Assembly: GCA_964388715.1 (NCBI GenBank)
Contig: CAYMBN010000006.1
Coordinates: 1 to 64,000, forward strand
Direction of reading: 5' to 3'
DNA from: an uncultured Methanosarcinales archaeon
Lineage (GTDB): Archaea > Nanobdellota > Nanobdellia > Woesearchaeales > CAYMBN01
DNA: 64,000 nucleotides
Below the pieces are notes generated by a model, which was not told the origin of the DNA, searched no databases, and worked only from the letters and a program-made list of their open reading frames with translations. This document shows positions 48,561 through 59,489 of this stretch, piece by piece (position 1 is the first letter of the stretch; each line of letters starts with the position of its first letter). The translations under genes and the position numbers were made by a program.

Positions 48561-50720
48561 TTAAACATTAATACTTTTCATTATTGTCATGGCGAGAAGG
48601 TTGAAGAGGATTATTACTGCTAATGATATTATTGTGTAGAGTACTGTTCCGTTAATTAGATTTTTTCCAAGGTTGTATTTTTCAGAAAGTTTATCAGAAC
48701 CGTTTTCTATTCCGTTTACTAATATTGTTAAGATATAAATTATTTGTACTACGTAAAGTCCTACTATTAATTGGAAAAAGTAGGTTGGGATACCATCTCC
48801 AAACATTCCACCTAAAGAAGGTGCACCTATTTGAGTTCCTGCTGCTTTTGAAGAAAGAGCTGTAACTTGGGTTGCTAGTTTACCTAAAATAGTTGTAATC
48901 ATTGAAGTTATACCAATAACAATGCCTGCAATGACTGGAGTGAGAAATTTTATTTGTGATTTCATTGAAGATATTATGTCTGCCATTAAATCTTTTAGTC
49001 TTTCATTGACCTTGTGAATTTCTTTAATGTATCGTGAAATGCTCATGAGAGCTGCTGCTGCAACTTTTGGACCTTTTTTTATTCCTTCAACTAAAACTTT
49101 CATTGAACTTTCAATTAAGTTAGAAGGAAATGCTGTTAGTGCACCTTGTTTTGGATTAAATATAGCATTTTTGACACTCATACCAAGCCTGACTATGTTT
49201 TGTGAAACTAAATTAAAAAAACTTCCTGAGACAGTACCTTCCATTATAGCACCAACTTTGCCAAAAGCAATTTCTGCAGGAAGACCATCCCCAATCCTAT
49301 TACCAAGTTGGAATATTCCCGAAGCAAATTCTTTTTCAAGTTCTTTTGCACGTTTTCTTATCCTAATTATATTATTTGAACGAAGTTTGTAATATAAACC
49401 TAAAGAAAGACCTATTGAAAGAGGAATTGCTAGTCCTAAAATAGAAGCACCTAAACCATAAGGTCCAATTATTTCTTTGGTTTTTATGCTTTCTTTGTAT
49501 TCTAATAGTTTAAAATCGTTTGTTACAATGTTCATGTCAAAGTTAGGATTAAGAAAGTGCATGATTAGTGGGCTTAGTCCTATCATTAAAATTATAATGA
49601 AAACGAATATGCTTATAAAGATAGGGTTAATTTTAATTTCAATTCCAGATAGATTTACAATGACACTTTTATATTTTTTTAGTCCAGGATTGTCACGAGA
49701 TATGTCTGTATCTCCATAACCTGTTGGACGTTTGCTAAGGATTGTTTTACCTAAATAATAAACACCTATTGGCAATAAGATGTTGTAAAGCATTGATATG
49801 TGATACCATTCTACGTTTTCCATGAAAGAAACGACTAAAGGGAGAATAACTAAACCAAGGATAGGTAAAATAATTCCAAGCATGTGTAACATTGTTATTG
49901 GACTTTTTAGATTGTGTGCATAATGTAACATTTTTTCATATGTCTCTGTTAACATTACTGAAAGGGATTTGTCAAGAAGGCCTATACGTCTTGATTCACT
50001 TGATTCAAACAATGAACTTTCTACCAAGTGAAATGCTTCAATAAATTCAATATTCCATTTTCTCCATGTTTCAAGATAAATGTCAAGAGATTCTTTAATT
50101 GATTCATATTTTTCTGTTTCAACATCCCATAAAACTTTTTTTAAGTCAAAAGCTAATGGTGGTGAAAGATGTTCTGCTGCAAAATTGATTGCATTTTCAA
50201 GGTTTGAGGTGTGACGCATATAGGTTACAACATAAAAAATGCATAGAACCATTTGATTGCTTGCTTTCATACGCCAATTGTTTGCTAAGAAAAGTGGGAT
50301 TTTTGAAAATGGTACAATTAGGATTAAACCAACAAGTATAAAAAAGAATACAAAGAAAAAACTTTGTAATAAAAGAAAGCTGAATATAGAACCAAAAAAT
50401 GCAATAAGCATTGGAAATAATATTGCAAAACTCATTGCACCTGTAGGAGTCATATTTAAATGACATATATTGATTGCTTCTTGAAGATCAGGGATTTTCT
50501 TTTTATCTGGTTTTATTCTAAGAAGTTTTTCACTAAATTTACATAATTTTTCGTAAGTAGACAAATGTTTTGGCAGATTATCCTTTTTAAAGTCGAGATA
50601 TTCTTTTGAAGAAATTGGGTGTGAAATCACTTTGTCGAGGTCTACATTAAGTTTTCTTTGTAGTTTATTTTTATATTTAATAAGAAGTTTTTCTATTTCT
50701 TTATCTTTTTGTGTAGTCAT
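48561..50720 (-). CDS. type IV pilus/Tad platform membrane protein (TadC/ArlJ-like, two T2SSF-type halves)
   Basis: multi-TM; ELEKEF...QLGNRIGDG.P.E; ATGA overlap with the upstream ATPase. Confidence 0.8.
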   Translation of the reverse strand: MTTQKDKEIEKLLIKYKNKLQRKLNVDLDKVISHPISSKEYLDFKKDNLPKHLSTYEKLCKFSEKLLRIKPDKKKIPDLQEAINICHLNMTPTGAMSFAILFPMLIAFFGSIFSFLLLQSFFFVFFFILVGLILIVPFSKIPLFLANNWRMKASNQMVLCIFYVVTYMRHTSNLENAINFAAEHLSPPLAFDLKKVLWDVETEKYESIKESLDIYLETWRKWNIEFIEAFHLVESSLFESSESRRIGLLDKSLSVMLTETYEKMLHYAHNLKSPITMLHMLGIILPILGLVILPLVVSFMENVEWYHISMLYNILLPIGVYYLGKTILSKRPTGYGDTDISRDNPGLKKYKSVIVNLSGIEIKINPIFISIFVFIIILMIGLSPLIMHFLNPNFDMNIVTNDFKLLEYKESIKTKEIIGPYGLGASILGLAIPLSIGLSLGLYYKLRSNNIIRIRKRAKELEKEFASGIFQLGNRIGDGLPAEIAFGKVGAIMEGTVSGSFFNLVSQNIVRLGMSVKNAIFNPKQGALTAFPSNLIESSMKVLVEGIKKGPKVAAAALMSISRYIKEIHKVNERLKDLMADIISSMKSQIKFLTPVIAGIVIGITSMITTILGKLATQVTALSSKAAGTQIGAPSLGGMFGDGIPTYFFQLIVGLYVVQIIYILTILVNGIENGSDKLSEKYNLGKNLINGTVLYTIISLAVIILFNLLAMTIMKSINV

Positions 50721-52996
50721 TTTATGTTTTTCTTTTTTACTTCTCTTTTTAACCACTCATTCCAATTAAAAAATATTCTTTTATTATCAAGGTGACCAAT
50801 TTCTTTTTTACTTAGGTCACATTGTAAGTGGAACATATCATTAGCCTTGATTACAAAAGGTGCTTCTAGTAGTTCCATATCTTTGATTTTGTTAGCATAT
50901 TTAACAAGTGTTTCTTTTGTTTTTGCTCTTAACTGAATGTTTGACCAGATTGCGTCCCAGTTGCCTGCAAATTCTTTTATATTTCCAGCTATGTTTTTTA
51001 ATATATCAGATTCTCCATTAATTAGAGAATCACTTGCTTCAAGCTTATCATTATTGACTTCGTATTTCATTAAGTCAACAAAACCTTTCTCAAGTATTGG
51101 ATCTTGCTGCCAGAATTTTCTTACTTCTGTTATTTGTGTAACCCTTCTTACACGATTTATTCCACCTGCAGTCCTTATAGGGTTTGCAACTACTACAATG
51201 TCGGTTGCTTTGAAACTTGTCTTTGGTACACCAATATCATTAACAACCCTATCAAAAACACCGTAAGGTGATTCAGCGTGGATTGTTCCTGCAACTATAT
51301 TAGCTGCTGCTCCAACTCTCATTGCTTCGTAAAGTGATTTTGCTTCATCACTTCTAACCTCACCAACTATTAAAGCAGAATCTCCTAAACGAAGTGTTGA
51401 TCTTATACCTTCTGTGGCACTTACTTCAGCAGAACCTTTTGCGAGTGCACCTGCAACCTTAAGCGGTTGTATGTTAAAACCTAATTTTCTTAATGAAGTT
51501 GTTGGAAGTTCTAATGTATCTTCTATTGTAATAACTCTATAACGTCTCATTATTTCTACCATGAGACTACCAAGTAAAGATGTTTTACCACTACTCCTAG
51601 TTCCTGCAATTAACATTGTTCTTGTTCCGTCAACAAGGAAGCTGAGTAAACCAGCTGCTAAAGGAGTTAACATTTTTACGTTCATGAATAATGGAAGTGT
51701 CCATGGTTTATCTCTATGACGTCTAAAAGAGAAAGCAAGACCATAAGGATCAAGAGGTTGTGTAATTGCAGATACTCTTGCACTTGCACTAGGAAGAAGT
51801 AATTCTGTGTCAAGGATTTGGTTTGCTTCGTCTAAAGGTCGACCAGATATCATTCTTAGTTTAGAAGCCCAGCTTTCTGCTTCTGTATTTGTAGGAGTTA
51901 TATTAGTAAAACAATCACCATAATCCTGGTGTACAACAAACATTGGAATTTGGCCAAGTGGAGAGTTGATTGATATATCTTGAATCTTTTCATCATTTAG
52001 TAATACTTCTATTAATCCAAATCCAACTGTGTATCTAACTAATATTTCTGTTAATTCATCTATCTCTTTTTCACGCATGTTTATTTTTCTGTGCTCAACT
52101 AATTCTTCTATTAAATCATGGCCTACATTGTAGAAAACTTCTCTCATACGTTTTGGGTCAACAAATTCAGAGCGTTTTGGTTTATGTTCTGCCATTATCC
52201 TTCTTGCTGTATCTAGTATTTCATACTTTTCTTCTGTTAATGTGAATTCTGGTGGCATTAGATGGTATAAATAACGTGTTGAATTAGGAAAAGAAAAGAT
52301 TGTTACTTCTGTATTGCCAACAGAATAATTGTCAAGCTCTTCTCCGTTGGTTGGATAAGACGCCATTAGTTTTGTGAACATAAAGTCTGGTTTTACTGTT
52401 GGAGAAAATATTTGTCTATATATTGTTCTGTCACCAATTTTGTAACCTGCTAGGTTTGGTTTTGCAATCTTTATTAGAGCTGTTTTTTCAAATTGATCAA
52501 TTAAAAATTTAAGAATTGATATAAATTTTTCAATACAGGCGTGGCATCTTTCATCAATTAGATTTTGGAGGTTTATTTTTTCTTTTCTCAATAATCTTTT
52601 TACCTCAACATAACTGCCAAGAGGATCAGTTTTCATTAATCTAAATAATAAATTTTGTATTTTAGTGTACCTTGTATTATAACAACGTGTGCAACCTTCA
52701 ACAAAAGTGCCCATGCTGTGGTAAGAAAGTAATGTTTTTTGTTTAAGTAAACGGTTGTATAACTTAGATATTTCAGCTAATAGTTGTGTTTGGTGAAAAT
52801 CATATTCAAAATCACGTTTTTGAGTAAAAATTATTTTAGTAACATTACCTGCTTCGGCAAGAATTTCAATTGTTTTTGCCATGACAGTAGGATTATCTTC
52901 AATACTTGGTAAATAAAGAAGTTTTTCGCAATCTATTCTAAGGATATTTTCGTCTCCTTCACGAATAATCTCATAATCCCATAACTTTGGTTTCAA
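50717..52996 (-). CDS. type II/IV secretion ATPase (VirB11/TadA/ArlI-like)
   Basis: GTRSSGKTS, ITIEDTLEL, LRLGD..L.VGEVRS.EA, GTIH. Confidence 0.9.
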   Translation of the reverse strand: MKPKLWDYEIIREGDENILRIDCEKLLYLPSIEDNPTVMAKTIEILAEAGNVTKIIFTQKRDFEYDFHQTQLLAEISKLYNRLLKQKTLLSYHSMGTFVEGCTRCYNTRYTKIQNLLFRLMKTDPLGSYVEVKRLLRKEKINLQNLIDERCHACIEKFISILKFLIDQFEKTALIKIAKPNLAGYKIGDRTIYRQIFSPTVKPDFMFTKLMASYPTNGEELDNYSVGNTEVTIFSFPNSTRYLYHLMPPEFTLTEEKYEILDTARRIMAEHKPKRSEFVDPKRMREVFYNVGHDLIEELVEHRKINMREKEIDELTEILVRYTVGFGLIEVLLNDEKIQDISINSPLGQIPMFVVHQDYGDCFTNITPTNTEAESWASKLRMISGRPLDEANQILDTELLLPSASARVSAITQPLDPYGLAFSFRRHRDKPWTLPLFMNVKMLTPLAAGLLSFLVDGTRTMLIAGTRSSGKTSLLGSLMVEIMRRYRVITIEDTLELPTTSLRKLGFNIQPLKVAGALAKGSAEVSATEGIRSTLRLGDSALIVGEVRSDEAKSLYEAMRVGAAANIVAGTIHAESPYGVFDRVVNDIGVPKTSFKATDIVVVANPIRTAGGINRVRRVTQITEVRKFWQQDPILEKGFVDLMKYEVNNDKLEASDSLINGESDILKNIAGNIKEFAGNWDAIWSNIQLRAKTKETLVKYANKIKDMELLEAPFVIKANDMFHLQCDLSKKEIGHLDNKRIFFNWNEWLKREVKKKNIK

Positions 52997-53119
52997 TAAA
53001 AAACACCTCTCTTTTTAGTATACTACTCATGAATACTCCACAAAGTATAATAAAGGTAAATACTAAATACTAAAAAATTAATTAAATATTTAAACTTTTA
53101 GGTAATAATACTAATTAAA

Positions 53120-53530
53120 ATGGCTAATACAAAACAAAAAGGGTTATTTCATCATTCTTCGCAACCAGATACTGTTTTGGTTAACTTTAATAATCAAATC
53201 AATGATGTAAGTAGAAGATTAAGAATACTTGAAGAAAGGTATACTAATATAAGAAGAAAGGGTCAAGTTGTTGAACAAAATATGCTGTCAGAAAATAAAA
53301 AAGTTAATACAGAAATCAAAACTGTGAATTCTGATATAAGTGATTTGAAACGGGGAATAGCTGAACTTAAATCAAAGATGATGTTAATAGTGAAAGAATT
53401 GCAACTTTGTGCTAAAAAAGAGGATGTACAAGTACTTGAAAAATACATTAATTTATGGGAACCTATTAACTTTGTTACATCTAATGAAGTCGAGAAGATT
53501 GTTAAGAGTATGATAGAAAAGTTTAAATAA
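53120..53530 (+). CDS. coiled-coil hypothetical protein
   Basis: heptad pattern; LEKYINLWEP motif. Confidence 0.75.
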   Translation: MANTKQKGLFHHSSQPDTVLVNFNNQINDVSRRLRILEERYTNIRRKGQVVEQNMLSENKKVNTEIKTVNSDISDLKRGIAELKSKMMLIVKELQLCAKKEDVQVLEKYINLWEPINFVTSNEVEKIVKSMIEKFK

Positions 53531-53564
53531 GTATAATATAATAAATATATAAAAAGGTGATTAG

Positions 53565-54224
53565 ATGGCTCTTTTTAAGAAAAAAGCAAGTGCAGGGGAG
53601 TTTGAGAATGATATTTTTAAACCCTCTTCAACAGAAGGTTTACCAACAGATCTTGTTCTTGCAATGAAGAAACAAGGACTTTCCAATAATCAAATTGTTC
53701 AAAATCTTCAAAGAGAAGGATATACTTCTGAACAAATATTTGATGCTATGAATCAAGCTGATTTAAAGTATGGTGTTAAAGATATTTCAACTCAGGATGT
53801 TAATACTGGATCTGAACCAGATAAAAGTCAATTTGAACAACCACAACCAATGCCACAACAAGCTGTTCAAGCACAACAACCATATTATGAGACATCTTCT
53901 GATAAAGAAAGGATAGAAGAGATAGCTGAGGCTATTATTGATGAAAAATGGGCTGATTTAATTAAAAATGTTGATAAAATAGTAGCTTGGAAAGAAAAAA
54001 CAGAAGCTAAAATAACTAGAATTGAACAAGAATTTGCAGATTTAAAACATAACTTTGATAATCTAAATAAAGCTATTATTGGTAAGATTAATGATTATGA
54101 TAAAGGACTTGCTAATGTTGGAACTGAAGTAAAGGCATTAGAAAAAGTGTTCCAAAAAGTATTGCCAACATTAACTGAAAATGTTAATGAATTATCAAGA
54201 ATTACTAAGAAAATCAAGAAGTAA
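53565..54224 (+). CDS. hypothetical protein with small helical N-motif and C-terminal coiled coil
   Basis: QGLSNNQIVQNLQREGY motif, Q/P linker, IEEIAEAIIDEKW coiled coil; GGTGA RBS. Confidence 0.78.
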   Translation: MALFKKKASAGEFENDIFKPSSTEGLPTDLVLAMKKQGLSNNQIVQNLQREGYTSEQIFDAMNQADLKYGVKDISTQDVNTGSEPDKSQFEQPQPMPQQAVQAQQPYYETSSDKERIEEIAEAIIDEKWADLIKNVDKIVAWKEKTEAKITRIEQEFADLKHNFDNLNKAIIGKINDYDKGLANVGTEVKALEKVFQKVLPTLTENVNELSRITKKIKK

Positions 54225-54227
54225 AAA

Positions 54228-54770
54228 TTAAGGTTGTTTACTTACTTCTCCTGCCATTAATTTTATTGTAAATACACAGATTAATAAAACAAAAATTAAT
54301 CCAAGTAGTTTTGGATGAAAAAAGCTTGTCCAAAAACTTTGTTCAAATCCTTCTGTGGATCCAGTAGTTGTTTCTGTAAGGTCCATAAGTCCACCACCGT
54401 AAACATTTGCAAGTGCAATGACTAAGATTAATATTGAAAAAGTGATAATCCAATACATAACAGATTTATCTTTAACTGCTTCTCTTATTTTAGCATCTTC
54501 TGTACCAAATATTTTAAAAATAAGTAGTAAGAAGATTAAAAATATAAATACAAGAACAAACCAAGGAACCATTTGTTTAATAACTTCCATTACATTTCCT
54601 GAAAATAGTGCGAAAACTCCTACACATAAACCAATTAGGATATTAATACCTTGATTTTTACCAAGAAATCCTGTAAATTGTAGTATTGCATATACAATTA
54701 ACCAAACAAAAATAAAACCAAAAATGGTTGTTAGGTTTTGTAATAAACCAAGATCAATTAAAGTAGCCAT
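54228..54770 (-). CDS. multi-TM membrane protein (paralog 3 of 3)
   Basis: FIFVWLIVYAILQFT..LG.N..IN motif shared with neighbours. Confidence 0.75.
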   Translation of the reverse strand: MATLIDLGLLQNLTTIFGFIFVWLIVYAILQFTGFLGKNQGINILIGLCVGVFALFSGNVMEVIKQMVPWFVLVFIFLIFLLLIFKIFGTEDAKIREAVKDKSVMYWIITFSILILVIALANVYGGGLMDLTETTTGSTEGFEQSFWTSFFHPKLLGLIFVLLICVFTIKLMAGEVSKQP

Positions 54771-54771
54771 T

Positions 54772-55380
54772 TTACTTTTTTCCGCCAAAATAGTTTCCAA
54801 TATCGTTCACAAGGTTACCCATTCTCACTGCGCCTTCACCTTTAGTGTCTGGTTTAGTGATATACCAGATAATTACACCAAATATTAGGACCATGATTAT
54901 TATAGCTACCGAATCTGAACCAAAGAAATTGTTAAACCAACCCCATGATCCTTTACGTCCCCACCATCCTGCTGCGCCACCAAAGATGTAGATAATAATT
55001 ATAAAAGATGCTATTGCTATCCATCCTGATAATGAAGCACCAAGCCATCTTGATTCTGCTCCAAATAAACCAATTAGGATTAATAACATAACAAATGCTA
55101 CTGCTACAATTGATACATTAGGTAATGCTTTATTCAGCATTTCAACAACATCTGTTCCACCTGGATAAGAGCCTGTAACGTGTGGAATTACAACACTAAG
55201 TGCTAAAACTAGTGCGATTACAACGTTAAAATTCTTTTTTCCGTCACCTAAAATTTTGGTTTTTTGCAGTATTGCAAAAACAATTGTGAATATTAATAAA
55301 AAAGGTAATAGAACATCTGTTAGGCCCCAAGATTCAAGCATTTTCATGAAACCTTCAAGTTGATAAGCATTTGATGGCAT
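54772..55380 (-). CDS. multi-TM membrane protein (paralog 2 of 3)
   Basis: G..DVLLPFLLIFTIVFAILQKTKILG. Confidence 0.78.
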   Translation of the reverse strand: MPSNAYQLEGFMKMLESWGLTDVLLPFLLIFTIVFAILQKTKILGDGKKNFNVVIALVLALSVVIPHVTGSYPGGTDVVEMLNKALPNVSIVAVAFVMLLILIGLFGAESRWLGASLSGWIAIASFIIIIYIFGGAAGWWGRKGSWGWFNNFFGSDSVAIIIMVLIFGVIIWYITKPDTKGEGAVRMGNLVNDIGNYFGGKK

Positions 55381-55401
55381 TTACAACACCTCTTTTCATA
55401 T

Positions 55402-55980
55402 TTATTTTTTTGAGGAAACAGCACTCCTCTCTTTTGGATTTATTATATATATCATAAATAAAATTACGACAATAACTAGGATAACTGAACCAGCTAATTT
55501 ACCTGTCATCCAGTGGTCTTCTAAATATTCCCAGAACCATTCTAGCCACGATTCTCCGCTTTTAGTAGGGATGGCATGTAAAAATATAATTACAATTGCA
55601 ATGAACATAATAATCATGAAAAACTTTCTCCAAGGTCCTTCAAGGAAAACATCTTCACCTTGTCTATAAAATGAACCAATTAGTAAAAGGAAACATATTG
55701 ATAATAAAAGTAATATTACAATATTTCCAACTGCTTCATTAATAGCTGAAACAAGTCTTGTTGAGGCAACAACAATAAATGCAATAACAAAAGCAATCAT
55801 TGCATTAAGGTTTTTCTTTGTGTATTCTTTGCCATCAAAGGTATCTACTCCTAAAATTTTGGTTTTTTCTAGTATTGCAAATACCATTGTAAAAACAAGA
55901 ATAAAAGGTAGAATTACATCGTATACACCTATATCTTCAAAAAATTCAATAATACTTCTAAACACCGTCTCTTTTACCAT
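55402..55980 (-). CDS. multi-TM membrane protein (paralog 1 of 3)
   Basis: G.YDVILPFILVFTMVFAILEKTKILG. Confidence 0.78.
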   Translation of the reverse strand: MVKETVFRSIIEFFEDIGVYDVILPFILVFTMVFAILEKTKILGVDTFDGKEYTKKNLNAMIAFVIAFIVVASTRLVSAINEAVGNIVILLLLSICFLLLIGSFYRQGEDVFLEGPWRKFFMIIMFIAIVIIFLHAIPTKSGESWLEWFWEYLEDHWMTGKLAGSVILVIVVILFMIYIINPKERSAVSSKK

Positions 55981-56061
55981 TATTCTTTATTTAATATAAT
56001 TGTGGTATTTAAAGGTTTCGGTTTAGAAATGTCGGAAATTTTTAACAAAAATTTATGAGCA

Positions 56062-56102
56062 TTCTCAAAAACACTCATTGAGTTTTTGAGAAGATTTATA
56101 AA
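56062..56102 (+). promoter_or_regulatory. inverted repeat abutting the translin-aspS TATA box
   Basis: TTCTCAAAA-AC-ACTCA-T-TGAGT-TTTTGAGAA (56062-56092), then TTTATAAA. Confidence 0.55.
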
Positions 56103-56126
56103 TAAGCACGGTAATCTTATAATAAA

Positions 56127-56705
56127 ATGTTAAATAAAAAGGATCTAAATGAGATGAAAGCTGAGATGGCTAATTTTGATTTAAATAGAGAAAAGGTTAT
56201 TAAGAAAGCAAGAGACGTTATTAAATTAAGCAAAAAGATTATTTATTCTATTCATAGGAATAATATTGATGAAGGACTTATTAAGGAAATTAAAAAAGAG
56301 AAAGAAGAACTTGAAAAGTATATAAAAAAGAATAAAGGGTTATATTATGAAGGTTCTTTTAAAGTTGCTATACAAGAATATGTTGAAGCAATGCTTTATT
56401 ATGGATTTGTGAAAAGTAAGAAGGTTTTTTCAAGAAAAGAGCTTGAAGTACAAAGTTATTATTATTTGCTTGGATTATGTGATTTAAGTGGTGAACTTGT
56501 AAGAAGAGCTATACATTCTGCTACAGCTGGAAAATACAAAGATGTTGAGGTCATTAGAAATCTCGTTGATGACATTTATGGTACTTTACTTGAATTTAAT
56601 ATAAGAGAAAATGAATTAAGGAAAAAATTTGATTCAATTAAATATGATATTAAAAAACTTGATGATCTTAATTATGATTTGAAAGTTAAAAGAAAAGTAA
56701 AATAA
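56127..56705 (+). CDS. translin/TRAX-family protein
   Basis: RE..IK..RD....SK..I...HR, QEYVEA, YLLGLCDLSGEL.R, LRKK.D. Confidence 0.9.
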   Translation: MLNKKDLNEMKAEMANFDLNREKVIKKARDVIKLSKKIIYSIHRNNIDEGLIKEIKKEKEELEKYIKKNKGLYYEGSFKVAIQEYVEAMLYYGFVKSKKVFSRKELEVQSYYYLLGLCDLSGELVRRAIHSATAGKYKDVEVIRNLVDDIYGTLLEFNIRENELRKKFDSIKYDIKKLDDLNYDLKVKRKVK

Positions 56706-56718
56706 TAAGGGTGTTTTC

Positions 56719-58440
56719 ATGTTAAGAACTCATACTTGTGGTGAACTTACCAAAAAGAATATTGGTAAAAAAGTTGAATTATGTGGTTGGTTAGATAGTA
56801 AAAGAGAACATGGGAATGTTACTTTTGTTAATTTAAGGGACCGATATGGTGTAACACAGGTTGTTTTTAATGAAAGTGTTCGTGACCTTAAAAATGAGTT
56901 TGTTCTAAGAGTTAAAGGTACTGTTAAAAAAAGGCCCGAATCTAATAAAAAATTAAAAACAGGTGAAATTGAAGTTGAAGTTAATAGTTATGACATTCTT
57001 AATAAGTGTGATGTTTTACCTCTTGATTTGAGTGGACAAGTTGAATCTACAGAAGAAACAAGAATGAAGTATAGGTATCTTGATTTGAGAAGACCAGAAA
57101 TACAAAAGTTTTTTGTGATAAGGGATAAAGCAATACTTAGTGCAATGAATTTCATGAATAATAATAATTTTATTCATCTTGAAACACCTTTATTAGTTAA
57201 GGCAACACCAGAAGGAGCTAGAGATTATATTGTTCCAAGTAGAGTTAATAAAGGAAAATTTTATGCATTGCCTCAAAGTCCACAGTTGTATAAACAAATT
57301 CTTATGGTTGCTGGTTTTGATCGTTATTATCAAATTGCTCGTTGTTTAAGAGATGAAGATTTAAGATCTGATAGACAACCAGAACATACACAAATTGATA
57401 TTGAAATGAGTTTTATTGAAGCAGAAGATTTATATAAATTAGTTGAAGGTTTAATGAAAGCTATATTTAAAGAGGGAATTGGTTTTGATGTTAAAGTTCC
57501 ATTTAAGAGATTTACTTATGATGAAGCAATGAATAGATTTGGTTCTGACAAGCCCGATATAAGATTTGGTTTGGAGCTTGTTGATGTTTCCGATATAATG
57601 AAAAAAAGTGAATTTGGAATTTTTAAATCAGTGATTGAGTCTGGTGGAAATGTTAAATGTATTAATGCAAAAGGTTGTGGAAAATTTTCAAGGAAAGAAG
57701 TTGATGAACTTGAAAAAGTTGCTAAAACATACCATGCAAAAGGTTTGGTTAGAATTAAGATGATTGATAAGTTAGAAGGAACAGTTGTGAAGTTTTTTAG
57801 TGAGAAAGTACAAAAAGAATTAATTAAAAAAACTGAGGCAAAAAATGGAGATTTGTTACTGTTAATAGCAGATAATTTTAAGACTTGTTCAGAAGCTCTT
57901 GGACAAGTGAGAATATTTTTAAGAGATAAACTTAATCTGATTAAGAAAGAAGAGTTTTCATTTTGCTGGGTTGATAATTTTCCATTATTTGCTTGGAATG
58001 AAGAAGAAAAAAGATGGGAACCAGAACATCATATGTTTACAATGCCACAAAAAGAATTTATTAAAGATTTTGAAAAAAGACCTGGTAATGTAAAAGGTGT
58101 TTTATGGGATTTAACATTAAATGGAATTGAACTTGGCTCTGGTTCAATACGTGTTTCTGATCCAGTATTACAAGAGAGAATAATGAATTTTATTGGACTT
58201 CCTAAAAAAGAAGCTCATAAAAAGTTTGGTTTCTTGCTTGATGCTTATAAGTATGGTGGACCTGTACATGGAGGAATTGGTCTTGGTTTTGATAGAATGA
58301 TTGCATTAATGTGTGGTTTAACTGATATAAGAGAAATCATTTTGTTCCCTAAAAATAAGGATGCGGCATGTTTAATGGATGATTCTCCTGGTGAAGTTGA
58401 TAGAAAACAGTTAGATGAAGTTGGAATAAAATTAAAGTGA
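56719..58440 (+). CDS. aspS: aspartyl-tRNA synthetase, bacterial type (with GAD insertion)
   Basis: MLRTHTCGEL, YRYLDLRR, TPEGARDY, LPQSPQ, RDEDLR.DRQPE, GGP.HGGIGLG.DR; 573 aa. Confidence 0.96.
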   Translation: MLRTHTCGELTKKNIGKKVELCGWLDSKREHGNVTFVNLRDRYGVTQVVFNESVRDLKNEFVLRVKGTVKKRPESNKKLKTGEIEVEVNSYDILNKCDVLPLDLSGQVESTEETRMKYRYLDLRRPEIQKFFVIRDKAILSAMNFMNNNNFIHLETPLLVKATPEGARDYIVPSRVNKGKFYALPQSPQLYKQILMVAGFDRYYQIARCLRDEDLRSDRQPEHTQIDIEMSFIEAEDLYKLVEGLMKAIFKEGIGFDVKVPFKRFTYDEAMNRFGSDKPDIRFGLELVDVSDIMKKSEFGIFKSVIESGGNVKCINAKGCGKFSRKEVDELEKVAKTYHAKGLVRIKMIDKLEGTVVKFFSEKVQKELIKKTEAKNGDLLLLIADNFKTCSEALGQVRIFLRDKLNLIKKEEFSFCWVDNFPLFAWNEEEKRWEPEHHMFTMPQKEFIKDFEKRPGNVKGVLWDLTLNGIELGSGSIRVSDPVLQERIMNFIGLPKKEAHKKFGFLLDAYKYGGPVHGGIGLGFDRMIALMCGLTDIREIILFPKNKDAACLMDDSPGEVDRKQLDEVGIKLK

Positions 58441-59484
58441 TTTTCCTTTCTTGATTTTTTCCCTTAACCTTTCCATAAATTTTTGCATATAGTAAAGATT
58501 ATGGTAAGATTTTAAGATGTATGCATTTGGTTCGTTAATTTTTGTTAAGTAACGGATGTATGCTCTGCTGTAGTTTTTACAAACAAAGCAGTTGCAGTTT
58601 GAGTCAATTGGTTTTTTATCATTTTGGAAGGCTTTGTTTGTGATTTTAAGAATCCCTTTACTTGTTAACATGAAATTGTGTCTTGCAACTTGTGTTGGAT
58701 AAACAGAGTCAAAACAATCAATACCTTGTTTTACTGCTTGAATAATATCATCAGGGTGACCAATACCCATTGTGTAACGTAATTTATTTTCTGGTAATAA
58801 AGAAGTTGTTTTCATTGAGTCATATGTCTTTTTTTGTGGTTCACCTATTGCTAAACCACCAAGTGCGTAGCCGTCAAAGTCTAGTGATGTTATTTGTTGG
58901 ATGGATTTTTTTCTGAGGTCTTTATGGAATCCTCCTTGGCAGATTCCAAAAAGTAGTTGTTTCTTGTTTTTATGGAATTGTTTACAGAGTTTAGCCCATT
59001 CATAAGTTTTGTTTAATGAGTAAAGTACTTGTGATCTGTTTTGGTTTGGTAGTGGCATTAAGTCAAGAACCATTGCAATATCACTTGCTATTGTGTTTTG
59101 GTTTTGCATACATTCTTTTGGAGTTAATAAATGATGTGAACCATCGAAAGGACTTTTGAAATGAATGCCTTTATCTGTTATCTTTTGACAGAAATCTCTT
59201 ATTACTTGGAAACCGCCTGAGTCAGTGAAGATTATGTCTTTGTAGTTCATGAATTTGTGAAGTCCACCATGTTTTTTTATTAGTTGATTTCCTGGTTTTA
59301 ATGAAAGAAGAAGAGAGTTTGCTATGATTGCTTTTGCGCCGATTGTATTAAGTTGTTCTGATAGAACATGTCTTGGAGCTGCTTTTGTTGCAACTGGCAT
59401 AAAAAAAGGAGTTTCTATCTTCTTGTTGTTTACTTTGAATATTCCTGTACGTGCTTTACCTAAGTTGTGAGTGATTTTTAGCAT
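58432..59484 (-). CDS. tgt: tRNA-guanine transglycosylase, bacterial (queuosine) type
   Basis: TP.FMPVAT, TDSGGFQV, F.SP.DGS, QGG, GGLAIGE, MGIG, FDSVYPT, CxCxxC..HNL; no archaeal C-terminal PUA extension. Confidence 0.9.
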   Translation of the reverse strand: MLKITHNLGKARTGIFKVNNKKIETPFFMPVATKAAPRHVLSEQLNTIGAKAIIANSLLLSLKPGNQLIKKHGGLHKFMNYKDIIFTDSGGFQVIRDFCQKITDKGIHFKSPFDGSHHLLTPKECMQNQNTIASDIAMVLDLMPLPNQNRSQVLYSLNKTYEWAKLCKQFHKNKKQLLFGICQGGFHKDLRKKSIQQITSLDFDGYALGGLAIGEPQKKTYDSMKTTSLLPENKLRYTMGIGHPDDIIQAVKQGIDCFDSVYPTQVARHNFMLTSKGILKITNKAFQNDKKPIDSNCNCFVCKNYSRAYIRYLTKINEPNAYILKSYHNLYYMQKFMERLREKIKKGKSL

Positions 59485-59489
59485 AGAAA

